Part shown: in pieces, positions 1 through 9,577 of the stretch
Position numbering within the stretch: the first letter of the stretch is position 1
How the letters are laid out: every line of letters starts with the position of its first letter
From: Polyangiaceae bacterium
GTDB taxonomy: Bacteria > Myxococcota_A > Polyangia > Polyangiales > Polyangiaceae
Assembly (NCBI GenBank): GCA_033763455.1
Contig: JANRKO010000062.1
Location: forward strand, 1-64,000
Length of the DNA stretch: 64,000 nt
Direction: 5' to 3'
Notes under the pieces: model-generated
Databases searched by the model: none
Seen by the model: only the letters and a program-made list of their open reading frames with translations
Told to the model about the DNA's origin: nothing
Made by a program: the position numbers and the translations under genes

Positions 1-1647
1 GGAGCAGGGTCAGTTGTAGGCGGGCCCGGTTCGGGAGGTAGTGGGAACCCGAACGGAAGTGGGGGCAACGGGGTAGTGAATCCCCCCGTGAATCTGCCGG
101 CGGAGGGTGCGTTGGGTCCGGTGGCGCTGCGTCGTCTGACCACACCGGAGTATGAGAATACGGTCCAGCAACTGCTCAAGGTTCCTGCGGGCACGGCGTC
201 GACCTTTTTGCCGGACGACGAGTCGTCCGGGTTCAAGAACATGGCGGCGGCGTTGCGGGTTCCGCAGGCGGTTGCGGAGCAATACGCGCGAGCAGCGAAG
301 ACATTGGCGGCCGGAGTAGCATCTCAAGCGACAACGCTGGCGCCATGTGCGGACGCGGGTGCTGAGGCGGCGTGTGCCGACTCGTTCATTCGTCAATTTG
401 GTCAGCAAGCCTATCGTCGGCCACTAACAACCGAAGAAGTTGGCGTATACGCGAAGCTGTTCACGGACGAGCGCGCACGAGCGACCTACGCGGACGGTAT
501 CAGCATCATCGTGGAAACGATGCTTCAATCGCCGCACTTTCTGTACAAGACGGAGATAGGGGTAGGCAGCGGTTTAGATCGACAGTTGACGCAATACGAG
601 CTTGCGTCGCAGATTTCATACTTGGCAACCGGTGGCATGCCGGACGATCAGCTGTTTGCGGCGGCTGCAGGTAACCAGTTGGCGACGGGAGCGGGTCGAG
701 AGGCCCAGCTGCGGCGGCTGCTGCCGACGGCGACGCCGTGGTTACGAGGATTCGTTCTAGATTGGCTGGGGATTTCGAAAGCGGTGGGAGCCACGAAAGA
801 TACGACGCTTTTCCCGACGTACGACACGGGGCTACACACGGCAATTGTGGAAGAATCGCACCGATTTGTGGATTCGATCTTCAGCGAAGCGGGAGGTTCG
901 GTCGTAACGCTGTTCAACGCGAATTGGACGTATGCGGATGGCATGATGGCAAGCCACTATGGAGTGAGTGGTGGGCCGACGGGTACGGATTGGGCGAAGG
1001 TAACGTTACCTGGGGAGCGGATGGGTATCCTGACGCAGGCTGCGTTTCTGACTGCCCATTCGAAGATCAATGATTCGTTTCCCATCACGCGGGGGAAGAT
1101 CTTGAGGACGCGGGTGATGTGCACGGCGATGCCGCCACCGCCGCCCGGGCTGAAGATCGATCCGGTGGCGCCACCTTCAGCAACAGCCACGACTCGTGAA
1201 CGGATCAATGCACATTCGACGAATCCGACGTGTGCGTCATGTCACACGCTGATCGATCCGTTGGGTTTTGGTTTGGAAAACTACGACGCGGTGGGAGCGT
1301 ACCGAGCGGTTGAAAGCGGCAAGCCTGTCGATTCGTCTGGAGAAGTGAAGCAGATCGATCCTGAAGTAGATGGGCCGTTTGCCAACGGAATCGAGCTGGT
1401 TGGTCGGATCGCAGGGAGCCAGGTACTGAAGAACTGCGTATCGCGAGAAGCGTTCCGTTGGGGGACAGGCCGGGTGAGTTTGGATCCAGTAACAGACACG
1501 ACGAGCCCGGATTACCCGAAGTACCTGAGGGATAAGGGGATCATCGACGCGATGATGACGAAGATGGTGAGCACCAACGCGGATATGCGGGAACTCCTGA
1601 CGGCCCTGGTGGGCAACGAGAGCTACGCGTACCGGTCGGACAAGTAA
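1..1647 (+). CDS. DUF1592/DUF1588/DUF1595-type (PSD domain) protein with a CxxCH motif; 5' end lies outside the window
   Basis: Frame 1 is open from base 1 (GAGSVVGGPGSGG linker). Motifs LRRLTTPEYENTV, MLQSPHFLY, ELASQISY, CASCHTLIDPLGFGLENYDAVG. Paired with the DUF1552 gene. Confidence 0.88.
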   Translation, partial: GAGSVVGGPGSGGSGNPNGSGGNGVVNPPVNLPAEGALGPVALRRLTTPEYENTVQQLLKVPAGTASTFLPDDESSGFKNMAAALRVPQAVAEQYARAAKTLAAGVASQATTLAPCADAGAEAACADSFIRQFGQQAYRRPLTTEEVGVYAKLFTDERARATYADGISIIVETMLQSPHFLYKTEIGVGSGLDRQLTQYELASQISYLATGGMPDDQLFAAAAGNQLATGAGREAQLRRLLPTATPWLRGFVLDWLGISKAVGATKDTTLFPTYDTGLHTAIVEESHRFVDSIFSEAGGSVVTLFNANWTYADGMMASHYGVSGGPTGTDWAKVTLPGERMGILTQAAFLTAHSKINDSFPITRGKILRTRVMCTAMPPPPPGLKIDPVAPPSATATTRERINAHSTNPTCASCHTLIDPLGFGLENYDAVGAYRAVESGKPVDSSGEVKQIDPEVDGPFANGIELVGRIAGSQVLKNCVSREAFRWGTGRVSLDPVTDTTSPDYPKYLRDKGIIDAMMTKMVSTNADMRELLTALVGNESYAYRSDK

Positions 1648-1687
1648 GGCAGCAACTCAAGTTTCGCTGGAAAGAAAAGGAAGAAAC

Positions 1688-3076
1688 ATGTTGTCGAAAT
1701 CACTTTTGAAGCGGCGTGAGTTGATGATGAGCATGGGCGCGGCCGGGTTCCTGGCAGTCCCGCTCTTTCGTGAGAGCTTTGTTGAGGCTCAAGCGGCATC
1801 TTTCCCCGTTAGGTTCGTGGTGCTCCACATTGCAGGTGGGGTCTATTTCCCGACAGGAACAGAAGGCTTGGGCGGCTGGACGTTCGACAAAGTACTTAAG
1901 CCTCTGGCGGGTTTGCAGTCCGAGAGCATTCAGATCCACGGCTCCAACAATGATGCTGGCGCACAGATGTGGTCGCAGAGCAACGAACCACACGGGGCGG
2001 CAATGCGTGGGCTCCTCACGGGTGATTCTAGCGTCCCGGATGCAGGAGTGGCGAAGTGGGCTCTTACGGACTCTATCGATCAGCAAATAGCCGATAAGAT
2101 CGGCGGTACAGTCAAGTTTCCATCCCTCCAGTTCGGGGTATCTACGCGGGGCGCGCAGATCGATCAGATGCGCATCAGCTTTCGAGGCGGAAGCGCACTA
2201 CCACCTATCGATTCCCCCGCGACTATGTTCAGTCGGCTTTTCTCGGGAGCGACACCCACACCCACACCACAGCCCACAACGACGTCTACGGGCACCGCGA
2301 CAACGCCTCCGGTTGCCCCTCCAGTCGATACGGGCGCACGGGGGCGCAGCATGCTCGACGTGCTCAAGAACGAGATAGTTGCGCTGAAAGCTGTCGGTGG
2401 TGTCAACGAGCAGCAGAAGCTCGATCAACATCTGGAATCACTGCGCGCGCTTGAGCAGCAGCTGGGGCCAGCGCCCGGACCCGGTGGCGGCACAGGTGGT
2501 GGCGGGGGCGGAGTGAACGTACCTCCCCCAGTTGTGGGGACGGGATGCATGACCCCCAACGTCGGCAATCCTACCGATGTTCCAAACATCTTACCCGCGC
2601 AGTTTGACCTCTTGTACCAATCGCTTGTGTGTGATCTGAGTCGTGTTGCGAGCGTGCAAATGCTGTGTTCAGCCCAGAGCGGCATCGCATTCCCTTACAT
2701 TGGTGTTTCGGACAATCACCATGATCTGGAGCACAGCTTCAATCCGGCGTTGGACAAAGTGCAGACCTATTTCGTCGACCAAATGGCTGTTTTCATGAAT
2801 CGCTTGAAGGCCACGCCGGAGGGCAACGGCAACATGCTCGACAACACACTCATCCTATTGTGCTCCGAGTTCGGTGCGGCCGGTGATCACAACCACTCAC
2901 TCGTTCCATACACAACGTTCGGGCGAGCTGGCGGTAAAGTTACTCCAGGAAGAACTCTTGACTACGGTGAGGCGTCGAACAACCTGGTACTTCGCAGCAT
3001 CTTGCAGCCGTTCGGTATCGACAAGCCCATCGGGGACACCAACCTGAACGCTGGCACGGTATTGTCCCTCGCCTAG
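1688..3076 (+). CDS. DUF1552 domain protein with Tat-like signal
   Basis: LLKRRELM...AQA N-terminus; DSIDQQIA, KLDQHLESLRALE, DLSRVAS, MLDNTLILLCSEFG motifs; usual partner of DUF1592 genes. Confidence 0.88.
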   Translation: MLSKSLLKRRELMMSMGAAGFLAVPLFRESFVEAQAASFPVRFVVLHIAGGVYFPTGTEGLGGWTFDKVLKPLAGLQSESIQIHGSNNDAGAQMWSQSNEPHGAAMRGLLTGDSSVPDAGVAKWALTDSIDQQIADKIGGTVKFPSLQFGVSTRGAQIDQMRISFRGGSALPPIDSPATMFSRLFSGATPTPTPQPTTTSTGTATTPPVAPPVDTGARGRSMLDVLKNEIVALKAVGGVNEQQKLDQHLESLRALEQQLGPAPGPGGGTGGGGGGVNVPPPVVGTGCMTPNVGNPTDVPNILPAQFDLLYQSLVCDLSRVASVQMLCSAQSGIAFPYIGVSDNHHDLEHSFNPALDKVQTYFVDQMAVFMNRLKATPEGNGNMLDNTLILLCSEFGAAGDHNHSLVPYTTFGRAGGKVTPGRTLDYGEASNNLVLRSILQPFGIDKPIGDTNLNAGTVLSLA

Positions 3077-3164
3077 CGCCAAGGCTGACGAGAAAGGCCT
3101 CAGGGCACCACCCTGGCTCGCGCGGGGTGATCTCAGCGTTGAATACGAGGCGAACCAGAATTGC

Positions 3165-3193
3165 TTGACACTCTCTGGGGCCGCCGATAGGGT
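3165..3193 (+). promoter_or_regulatory. sigma70-type promoter for the riboswitch/btuB operon
   Basis: TTGACA (3165-3170), 17-nt spacer, TAGGGT (3188-3193), directly before the riboswitch. Confidence 0.6.
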
Positions 3194-3199
3194 CCGCGC

Positions 3200-3405
3200 C
3201 GTCACTCGTCGTGAGTCCCGGTGGGCTCACTTCAAGGGAATCCGGTGAAAATCCGGAACTGCCCAGCAGCGGTATAGGGAACGAACGTCGTCTCGAAGCA
3301 CTGATCAAGTTGGCCCCAGGCTCATCTGGCGGCGGCAAGGTTGGGAAGCGACGACGCTTAGGACAGCACCTCTCGGTGCCCGCCCCAAGTCCGAAGACCT
3401 GACGA
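3200..3405 (+). ncRNA. Cobalamin (B12) riboswitch; ends approximate
   Basis: AAGGGAA-TCCGGTGAAAATCCGGAACTGCCC-AGCAGCGGT core (3234-3273), GGGAAG, and B12-box-like AGTCCGAAGACCTG near 3388-3401. Hairpin CACCCGAA/TTCGGGTG at 3410-3429. Lies upstream of a TonB receptor and cobU. Confidence 0.93.
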
Positions 3406-3518
3406 GGATCACCCGAAACAGTTCGGGTGCCGGTTCCGAAGCTTTCTAGGGAGAGCGGTGAGCCAAGCAGGTCCAAAAACGCGCCAATTTGAGCGTGTTT
3501 TCGGGCAGTCGGTGCCTC

Positions 3519-5573
3519 GTGAAGCAAAAGCCTCTGGCTCGTGAATTACTGTTGATATTTGCGCTCTTAACGCAGGGTGCAGTTGCGTCTGCAACGGACA
3601 CGAGTGGGTCTGCTGTCACCAACGCTTCAACGGCGAATCAGGGGGAGCGGAGCGCATCAGACGGGGGTTCGGACGATGCTGCGCGCACTGTGGAGGTGGT
3701 GGGAGCCCCGCTTCACCCGCATGCGCTGCCGGGCGAGCCTGCGATTTCTGGCTCCGTGGTTCGGCGTGAAGACCTGGAAGCACCTGGGCTTCAGGCGGCA
3801 GATGTGTTGCGGCGTGAGAGCGGCGTTGAGGTTGCCGAATACGGGGGCTTTGGATCCGCGGCTACAGCTTCCGTGCGCGGGGCCACTGCCGAGCAAACCC
3901 CAGTCTACCTTGCAGGGATCCGCTTGAACGATGAGGTGGGGGGCGCTGTTGACCTTTCTACGGTGCCACTCTGGCTTGTGGACAGAGTAGAGATCTATCG
4001 TGGAAATGCCCCAATTTTTGCCGATGAATTAGGCATAGGTGGGGCCATTGCCTTTGAGCCAAGGCGCCCGGAGCCTGGTCAGTCCGGAGCTGGGGTCACT
4101 ATTGGGAGTTTTGGATCCGTCTCAGGTTTTTCTTGGGCGGCGGCGGGTAGCCAGAGCCATCAAACGTTGGTCGGCATCCAGGCTGCACATGCTGATAACG
4201 ACTACCCGTTTCACGACAACCGCGGGACACTGTTCGTCACGGGGGACGACCGTGCCGGGAGACAGAGCAACGGTGATGTGAGCATCTTAGACGCCTGGTT
4301 TCTTGATCGTGTTCAGTTGAACGATCACGTCAACTTGAATGTCGTCGCCAATGTTACATCGCGTGAACAAGGCGTTGTGGGGCTGGCCCTTTTGCCCACA
4401 GAACGCGCGCGAGCCCGCTACGCTCGCGTTCTTTTGGGTGTGAGCTCACGCGCCAAATTTGGGCCTCGGAAGCTCCACTCGCTGCGGCTTGCGACCTCTT
4501 TTACAAGCGCAAGCTCCGTGTACGAGGACCCGGAATCGGAGCTTTCCTTGCTCGCTCCACGAGTCGAAAACGCTGGGCAACGGGGAGCGCAGAAGCTTGA
4601 TCTGGACCTTGCACTCTCCCGGAATGCAAAGCTCGTCGCAGCCTTGGATGCCTCTGTTGATAGGTTGGAACGCCGTGACGGAGATGTTGCGGTTCCGAGC
4701 GCATCAGCCGTTACTCTGCGCGGTGCGACCGGTTTGGACTATGAGTTCGCAAAGAGCTGGTTCTTGAGTCCACTTGGGGCTTTAAGCTGTCGGAGGGCTC
4801 TGGAATTCGCTCGTTGTGATGGGTTGGAACCCGTTGGGCGCGTTGCTGTCTCACATCGCACCGAGGTGCTCACGACGTACGCGAGTGCAGCGCGCTATGT
4901 TCGCTTCCCGAGCCTTGGCGAAGTCCACGGCGTGGGGCTTTTGGTTCGGGGCAATTCGCACTTGTTGCCCGAAAGTGGAGTCACCGCAGAAATCGGTACT
5001 CGGCTGCAGGTAGGCACCGATTCGGCGCGTTTCTGGGCGGATGCGGACGTTTACTCCCGTAGTGCCGAACGCCTGGTGAGCTATGTGCGCAACGCTCAGG
5101 GGTACCTGATACCCATCAACGTTCAGGCGGCGCGTGTGCAGGGCGTTGAAACGGCGGCCGGTGCGGACCTTGGCGAACACTTAAGCACAGACCTATCGCT
5201 TACGCTGCTCGATGCTCGCGATACAACTCCGGACCGGCGTATTACCAACGATCTTCTGCCATTTCATTCACGCTTGGTTGGTGCCCTCGGTGTAGAGGTG
5301 CGCACGAAAGCGCACTCACCGGGAACGCTTGAGTGCACAAAGCTTCGTGCGAGCTCACTCTATCAGTCGAGCCGCTATGCAGATCCGGCGGGCCTGGTCG
5401 TTATCCCCCAGCAATTCAGCGTGGACCTGGAGCTTGAGCAGGGATTTTTGGCTGATGCACTAAAGGCGCGGGGGCGCATCGCCAATGTTTTGGGTTCCGA
5501 ACGTTTTGATCGAGTTGGTTATCCGCTGCCACAGCGCAGCTTCTTTGTGTCAATGGAGATGTCAATCAAGTGA
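3519..5573 (+). CDS. btuB: TonB-dependent receptor, probable cobamide transporter (BtuB-like); start GTG 3519 or TTG 3489
   Basis: Plug motifs ASVRGATAEQTPVYLAGIRLN and VDRVEIYRG; barrel end IANVLG...GYPLPQRSFFV; riboswitch upstream. Confidence 0.8.
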   Translation: MKQKPLARELLLIFALLTQGAVASATDTSGSAVTNASTANQGERSASDGGSDDAARTVEVVGAPLHPHALPGEPAISGSVVRREDLEAPGLQAADVLRRESGVEVAEYGGFGSAATASVRGATAEQTPVYLAGIRLNDEVGGAVDLSTVPLWLVDRVEIYRGNAPIFADELGIGGAIAFEPRRPEPGQSGAGVTIGSFGSVSGFSWAAAGSQSHQTLVGIQAAHADNDYPFHDNRGTLFVTGDDRAGRQSNGDVSILDAWFLDRVQLNDHVNLNVVANVTSREQGVVGLALLPTERARARYARVLLGVSSRAKFGPRKLHSLRLATSFTSASSVYEDPESELSLLAPRVENAGQRGAQKLDLDLALSRNAKLVAALDASVDRLERRDGDVAVPSASAVTLRGATGLDYEFAKSWFLSPLGALSCRRALEFARCDGLEPVGRVAVSHRTEVLTTYASAARYVRFPSLGEVHGVGLLVRGNSHLLPESGVTAEIGTRLQVGTDSARFWADADVYSRSAERLVSYVRNAQGYLIPINVQAARVQGVETAAGADLGEHLSTDLSLTLLDARDTTPDRRITNDLLPFHSRLVGALGVEVRTKAHSPGTLECTKLRASSLYQSSRYADPAGLVVIPQQFSVDLELEQGFLADALKARGRIANVLGSERFDRVGYPLPQRSFFVSMEMSIK

Positions 5574-6829
5574 AAAATCTAATGAGTTTGGTTTTGGTTG
5601 TTGGCCTTTTGGGATGCAATGTTGAGAGCAAAGATAGCAGCACCGGGGGCATCGATTTGCCGGTTACACGTGATTCGCGGGGAGCCTTGAAGTGCCCCTC
5701 CGGGATGGTGGCCGTCTTGGGTGACTTCGTTTCGAGTCAGGTGGCACTTCTGGATCCCCAGGGTGAGGCGCTTTCAGCTTCCTTCCTCTCGAGTGGTTCC
5801 ACCCAGGCTTCCGGGCTCGCCGCTCCCTTCTCGGGAGATCTAGTGGTTCCAGGCACCCGCCCTCTAGGCGATGAAGTTACACTCATCGATCGGTATGCGA
5901 CGAACGTGTTGACCTGGGCCGATCCAAAAACAGCGTCGGTTCGCGCTCAGCTCCCCGTAGGTACTGGTTTTGAATCCAACCCGTATGATTACCTTGAGCT
6001 CTCCAAGACCAAGGCCTACGTCGCACGTTTTGGTGACAACGCAGCGCCTGGTAAAGAACCCTTCGACCAAGGTGGAGATATCTTGGTTATCGACCCGAGT
6101 GTGCCCAAAATTGTGTCGAGCATTGCCCTACCTCGTGGCACGAGTTTTCCACCGGCCCCCGTCTCCCTCACCCTTCGGAACGAGACCGTGATTGTCGTCC
6201 TGCAGCGCTTTGATTCGATGACGTTCATGTCGGGAGAAAGTGAGCTTCTGGGCTTCAATACGATGACCGATGAGGTCAGTTGGAACTTCGTTTTGCAGGG
6301 TAAAAAGGCCTGTGGGCGAGCAGAACTCTCTCCGTCTGAGAAGCTTCTAGCGGTGTCCTGCACAGGCATCATCAATCTCGATGGCACACTCGCAGATCCG
6401 AATGAATCAGGTGTATTGGTCTTTGATGCGACCACCACGCCGCCCACCCTCAAAAAGACGATCTCAGTCCACGCTCAACTTGGCTTTTCCTCTCAAGGGG
6501 AGCTCGCCTTCGCTTCCGAGACTCAGATCTTGAGCAAGACGCAAACACCGTACGGTGGGGTGGGCGATAATCAGCTATTTGTGCTCGATCTCACCACGGA
6601 AATCACTCGTGTGCTCGCGACCGCACGTCCGGACAAGGACGGAAAGGGCAAAGGCGTGGTCTACAACGGCCTAAAATGCATGCCTGGCTGCAACGATCTA
6701 TGTTTGCTCGCAGATACAGACACCGGCACCATCCGCCGCTTCGATGCAAAAGCGGACTTTATGGAGCTTGCTCCCGTCACCATCGAATCTTCTAGCGGCT
6801 TGCCGCCAGTTGGTTTAGGGCCATTCTAA
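5570..6829 (+). CDS. Lipoprotein, predicted beta-propeller (YncE/DUF5074, BtuG-like)
   Basis: Lipobox LLGC; NPYDYLELSKTKAYVARF blade-like motif; GTGA overlap with the receptor gene. Confidence 0.6.
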   Translation: MKNLMSLVLVVGLLGCNVESKDSSTGGIDLPVTRDSRGALKCPSGMVAVLGDFVSSQVALLDPQGEALSASFLSSGSTQASGLAAPFSGDLVVPGTRPLGDEVTLIDRYATNVLTWADPKTASVRAQLPVGTGFESNPYDYLELSKTKAYVARFGDNAAPGKEPFDQGGDILVIDPSVPKIVSSIALPRGTSFPPAPVSLTLRNETVIVVLQRFDSMTFMSGESELLGFNTMTDEVSWNFVLQGKKACGRAELSPSEKLLAVSCTGIINLDGTLADPNESGVLVFDATTTPPTLKKTISVHAQLGFSSQGELAFASETQILSKTQTPYGGVGDNQLFVLDLTTEITRVLATARPDKDGKGKGVVYNGLKCMPGCNDLCLLADTDTGTIRRFDAKADFMELAPVTIESSSGLPPVGLGPF

Positions 6830-6833
6830 GGGC

Positions 6834-7349
6834 ATGTTAACTCTGGTCATTGGTGGCGCCAGATCGGGTAAAAGTCGTTTCGCTCAGTCGCAAGCCCGCG
6901 CACTAAGTGAAACTCCCGTGTACGTGGCAACGGCACGCGTGCTTGACGCAGAACTTCAGGAACGCGTGCGGCGGCACCAGGCCGATCGGGGGCCAGAGTG
7001 GCGAACAATCGAGGAACCCAAGGCCCTCGGGTCGCTTGAGCTTGTGAATGAAGTGGTGGTGATAGATTGCGCAACGCTTTGGCTCAGCAACTGGTTCTTC
7101 GATCTCGATGCCGACGTGGAGCAAGCCCTCCAAGGCATGTACAACGAACTTTCGCGCCTGCTCGAGCGTCAGAACCATTGCATCTTCGTCACGAACGAAC
7201 TGGGTTGGGGCCCCCACGCGGAGACCGAAATTTCTAGGAGGTTCGTTGACGCGCAGGGCTTTTTGAATCAGGAGTTAGCGCGTCGTGCTTCGCGTGTGGT
7301 GCTGATGGTTGCAGGCATTCCGACGGTGATAAAGGAAACAGCACCTTAG
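6834..7349 (+). CDS. cobU: Bifunctional adenosylcobinamide kinase / cobinamide-phosphate guanylyltransferase
   Basis: GGARSGKS P-loop, RVRRHQADRGPEWRTIEEP, VIDCATLWLSN, VTNELGWG, MVAGIP. Confidence 0.95.
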   Translation: MLTLVIGGARSGKSRFAQSQARALSETPVYVATARVLDAELQERVRRHQADRGPEWRTIEEPKALGSLELVNEVVVIDCATLWLSNWFFDLDADVEQALQGMYNELSRLLERQNHCIFVTNELGWGPHAETEISRRFVDAQGFLNQELARRASRVVLMVAGIPTVIKETAP

Positions 7350-7404
7350 GCATCAACGCGCATCCCCTTGTAGTGGCCTGGGCGTACGCCTTTTCGTCCG
7401 CCGC

Positions 7405-7546
7405 AGAGTACTTCGCATACAAAGTATGTGTTGCATATGCAGGCCCGGGTGTGCGCGATGTGGCTGGGAAGCCCTTGTCGCGCGCGGTAGAGTACTTCGC
7501 ATACAAAGTATGTGTTGCATATGCAGGCCCGGGTGTGCGCGATGTG
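7405..7546. repeat. Two exact 58-bp direct repeats separated by 26 bp
   Basis: AGAGTACTTCGCATACAAAGTATGTGTTGCATATGCAGGCCCGGGTGTGCGCGATGTG at 7405-7462 and 7489-7546. Confidence 0.95.
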
Positions 7547-7610
7547 CCGCGGTGGCTGCGGCCTAGTGGCAAAGAAACACGCCCCGTGGCCCGAATATAG
7601 GCTTTGGATG

Positions 7611-8378
7611 CTACTTCCAGGTTAGGATTACGAGCGCAGCTATTTCCCCTATTTGCTCGGTGGCGCCGAGAAAGTCCCCGGTTACGCCTCCCACGCGCCG
7701 GTAGTACCGATAACCAGTAACGATGGTGATCAGCGCTAAACTCAGTACGAGGCACCCCGTCCGCTCGGGTGTCAGCCAACGGAAGTAGTGAGCGAATGCA
7801 AGACCAGCGACTAGCCAAAGCGTCGCAACCGCTGTTTGTAGCCAGCCGGCGCGACTAAGGTCCCCGCTTTTTGAGAACTTCTCATCGGTAACGTATGGCA
7901 ACGTGGCAATAAGAACGATGGGGCCCACGCGCGCAGCTGCGCCCACAAGCGGAAGCGCCCACAAGCCGGATGGCCCAAGCTGAGCGATCAATGCCACGCG
8001 AATAAGCAGTGAGATGCAGAGAGCCGCGGCTCCAAAGGCCCCGACCCGACTATCCTTGAGGATCTCCAGCACCTTCGCGCGCGTGTAACCACCACCAAGA
8101 GCATCGGCGGTATCGGCGAGGCCATCTTCGTGAAAGGCGCCGGTAACAAGGAGGGATACGGCGACCGCGATTCCAGCTGCGCCCAGCTCCCCGATCGGGA
8201 GAAGCAGCCAGAAAACAAGCCCCGTGAGCCCGCCGACGAAGTAGCCAACGAGCGGAGCGTGGGCCGCCGCCCAGCGAAAATCTTCCGCGGAATAAGGAAA
8301 CCCCCCGAGCGGAATGCGTGTGAGAAAGACGAAGCAGGCGCGGAGCCCTCGGAGAGGGGCGGGCAGCTTACTCTCCAC
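7611..8378 (-). CDS. cobS: Adenosylcobinamide-GDP ribazoletransferase (cobalamin synthase); probable start GTG 8378
   Basis: FLTRIP, TGAFHEDGLADTADA, ILKDSRVGAFG, GGVTGDFLGA. Confidence 0.95.
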   Translation of the reverse strand: MESKLPAPLRGLRACFVFLTRIPLGGFPYSAEDFRWAAAHAPLVGYFVGGLTGLVFWLLLPIGELGAAGIAVAVSLLVTGAFHEDGLADTADALGGGYTRAKVLEILKDSRVGAFGAAALCISLLIRVALIAQLGPSGLWALPLVGAAARVGPIVLIATLPYVTDEKFSKSGDLSRAGWLQTAVATLWLVAGLAFAHYFRWLTPERTGCLVLSLALITIVTGYRYYRRVGGVTGDFLGATEQIGEIAALVILTWK

Positions 8379-9534
8379 GTGGGCCCAGCCCCGCACGCTC
8401 AATGGCGGCATCGAGCGTCGACATCTGGAGCATCACGTCGACCGCGCTTCGCAATAGCGAAATTCCAAGTGCGGCGCCGCTTCCTTCACCCAGGCGCATG
8501 GAAAACTCAAGCAAAGGATTGAGAGCGAGGCGGTCATTCACCACACGCGCTCCTGGTTCGGTGGAGCCGTGGGACGCCAGCAAAAAGCGGCGAACGTTAG
8601 GTACAAGCTCAGCCGCCACTAGCGCAGCAGCACCGGTTACAACTCCATCCAGCACTACAGGTGTACGCCTTCGTGCCGCCTCCAGTATGAAGCCGACCAT
8701 CGCGGCCACTTCAAACCCGCCAAGCTCAGTCAATAAGGTTAAAGCATTGACCCGTGGAACCTTGGCATTACGAGCTCCCTGCAAGACCTCGGCCTCTGCT
8801 GCGTCCGCGGGGCGGACAGCAGACTCGGGGTGGCCTGCGCGGAAACGTTTGAGGGCCTTTTCGATCACGTGAATCTTCCGTTCGACGCCCTCTGCATCGA
8901 GACCCGCACCTGGCCCCACGACGCTTCTGGCGGGAATTCCCGTGACCCCAGCGATCAAGGCCGAGGCGCACGCCGTGTTGCCGATCCCAATTTCGCCTAC
9001 GGCGAGGAGCTTGGATCCCGCTGTGATGGCCTCCTGGGCGACCCCTTGGCCAACATTGAGAGCGGCGTGAACCTGTTCAGGCGTCATGGCGGCGCGTTGC
9101 AAGAAGTTCTGGGTGCCATGACCAACGCTGCGGCATTCGAGTGGAACTGCCGCCTCGCGTGGTGCTCTCGATAGATTGCCCGAGAGCCCCACATCCACTA
9201 AACGCAGGTGGATACCGTTCGAGCGGCACAGCGCGTTGATCGCCGAACCCCCTGCCATGACGTTGATGACAACGGCTGCAGTGACGGCCGAAGGGTAGGC
9301 GCTGACCCCTTCAGCGGTGCTTCCGTGGTCGGCTGCGAACACTACCAGCGTGGGGCGCTCTGGGGCTGGCGGAGGCATCAAGCCGTGCGCGCCGACATAA
9401 TACGCGGCGATCTCCTCCAGGCGCCCCAGGCTCCCGGGAGGCTTGGCCAAGCGTTGGTGGAACTCCTGCGCCGCGGCCCGCGCCGCTTCGCTAAATTCAG
9501 GAAAATCGGCACCAACGAGAGATGAGATGAGCAC
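8368..9534 (-). CDS. cobT: Nicotinate-nucleotide--dimethylbenzimidazole phosphoribosyltransferase
   Basis: KPPGSLGRLE, FAADHG, GVSAYP, GEIGIGNT, LGGFEVAAMVG, MRLGEGSGA. Confidence 0.95.
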   Translation of the reverse strand: MLISSLVGADFPEFSEAARAAAQEFHQRLAKPPGSLGRLEEIAAYYVGAHGLMPPPAPERPTLVVFAADHGSTAEGVSAYPSAVTAAVVINVMAGGSAINALCRSNGIHLRLVDVGLSGNLSRAPREAAVPLECRSVGHGTQNFLQRAAMTPEQVHAALNVGQGVAQEAITAGSKLLAVGEIGIGNTACASALIAGVTGIPARSVVGPGAGLDAEGVERKIHVIEKALKRFRAGHPESAVRPADAAEAEVLQGARNAKVPRVNALTLLTELGGFEVAAMVGFILEAARRRTPVVLDGVVTGAAALVAAELVPNVRRFLLASHGSTEPGARVVNDRLALNPLLEFSMRLGEGSGAALGISLLRSAVDVMLQMSTLDAAIERAGLGPRGE

Positions 9535-9577
9535 CGTGTGCGTATATCACTGGTTAGCTTTCTGCTAAACACACCGC

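Noticed and set aside
3211..3402. 63-aa ORF and the antisense 195-aa ORF upstream of btuB
   Set aside because: They coincide with the riboswitch and have no protein-like features.
7405..7546. CRISPR array
   Set aside because: Only two units, the 58-bp repeat is longer than its 26-bp spacer, and there are no cas genes in the window.
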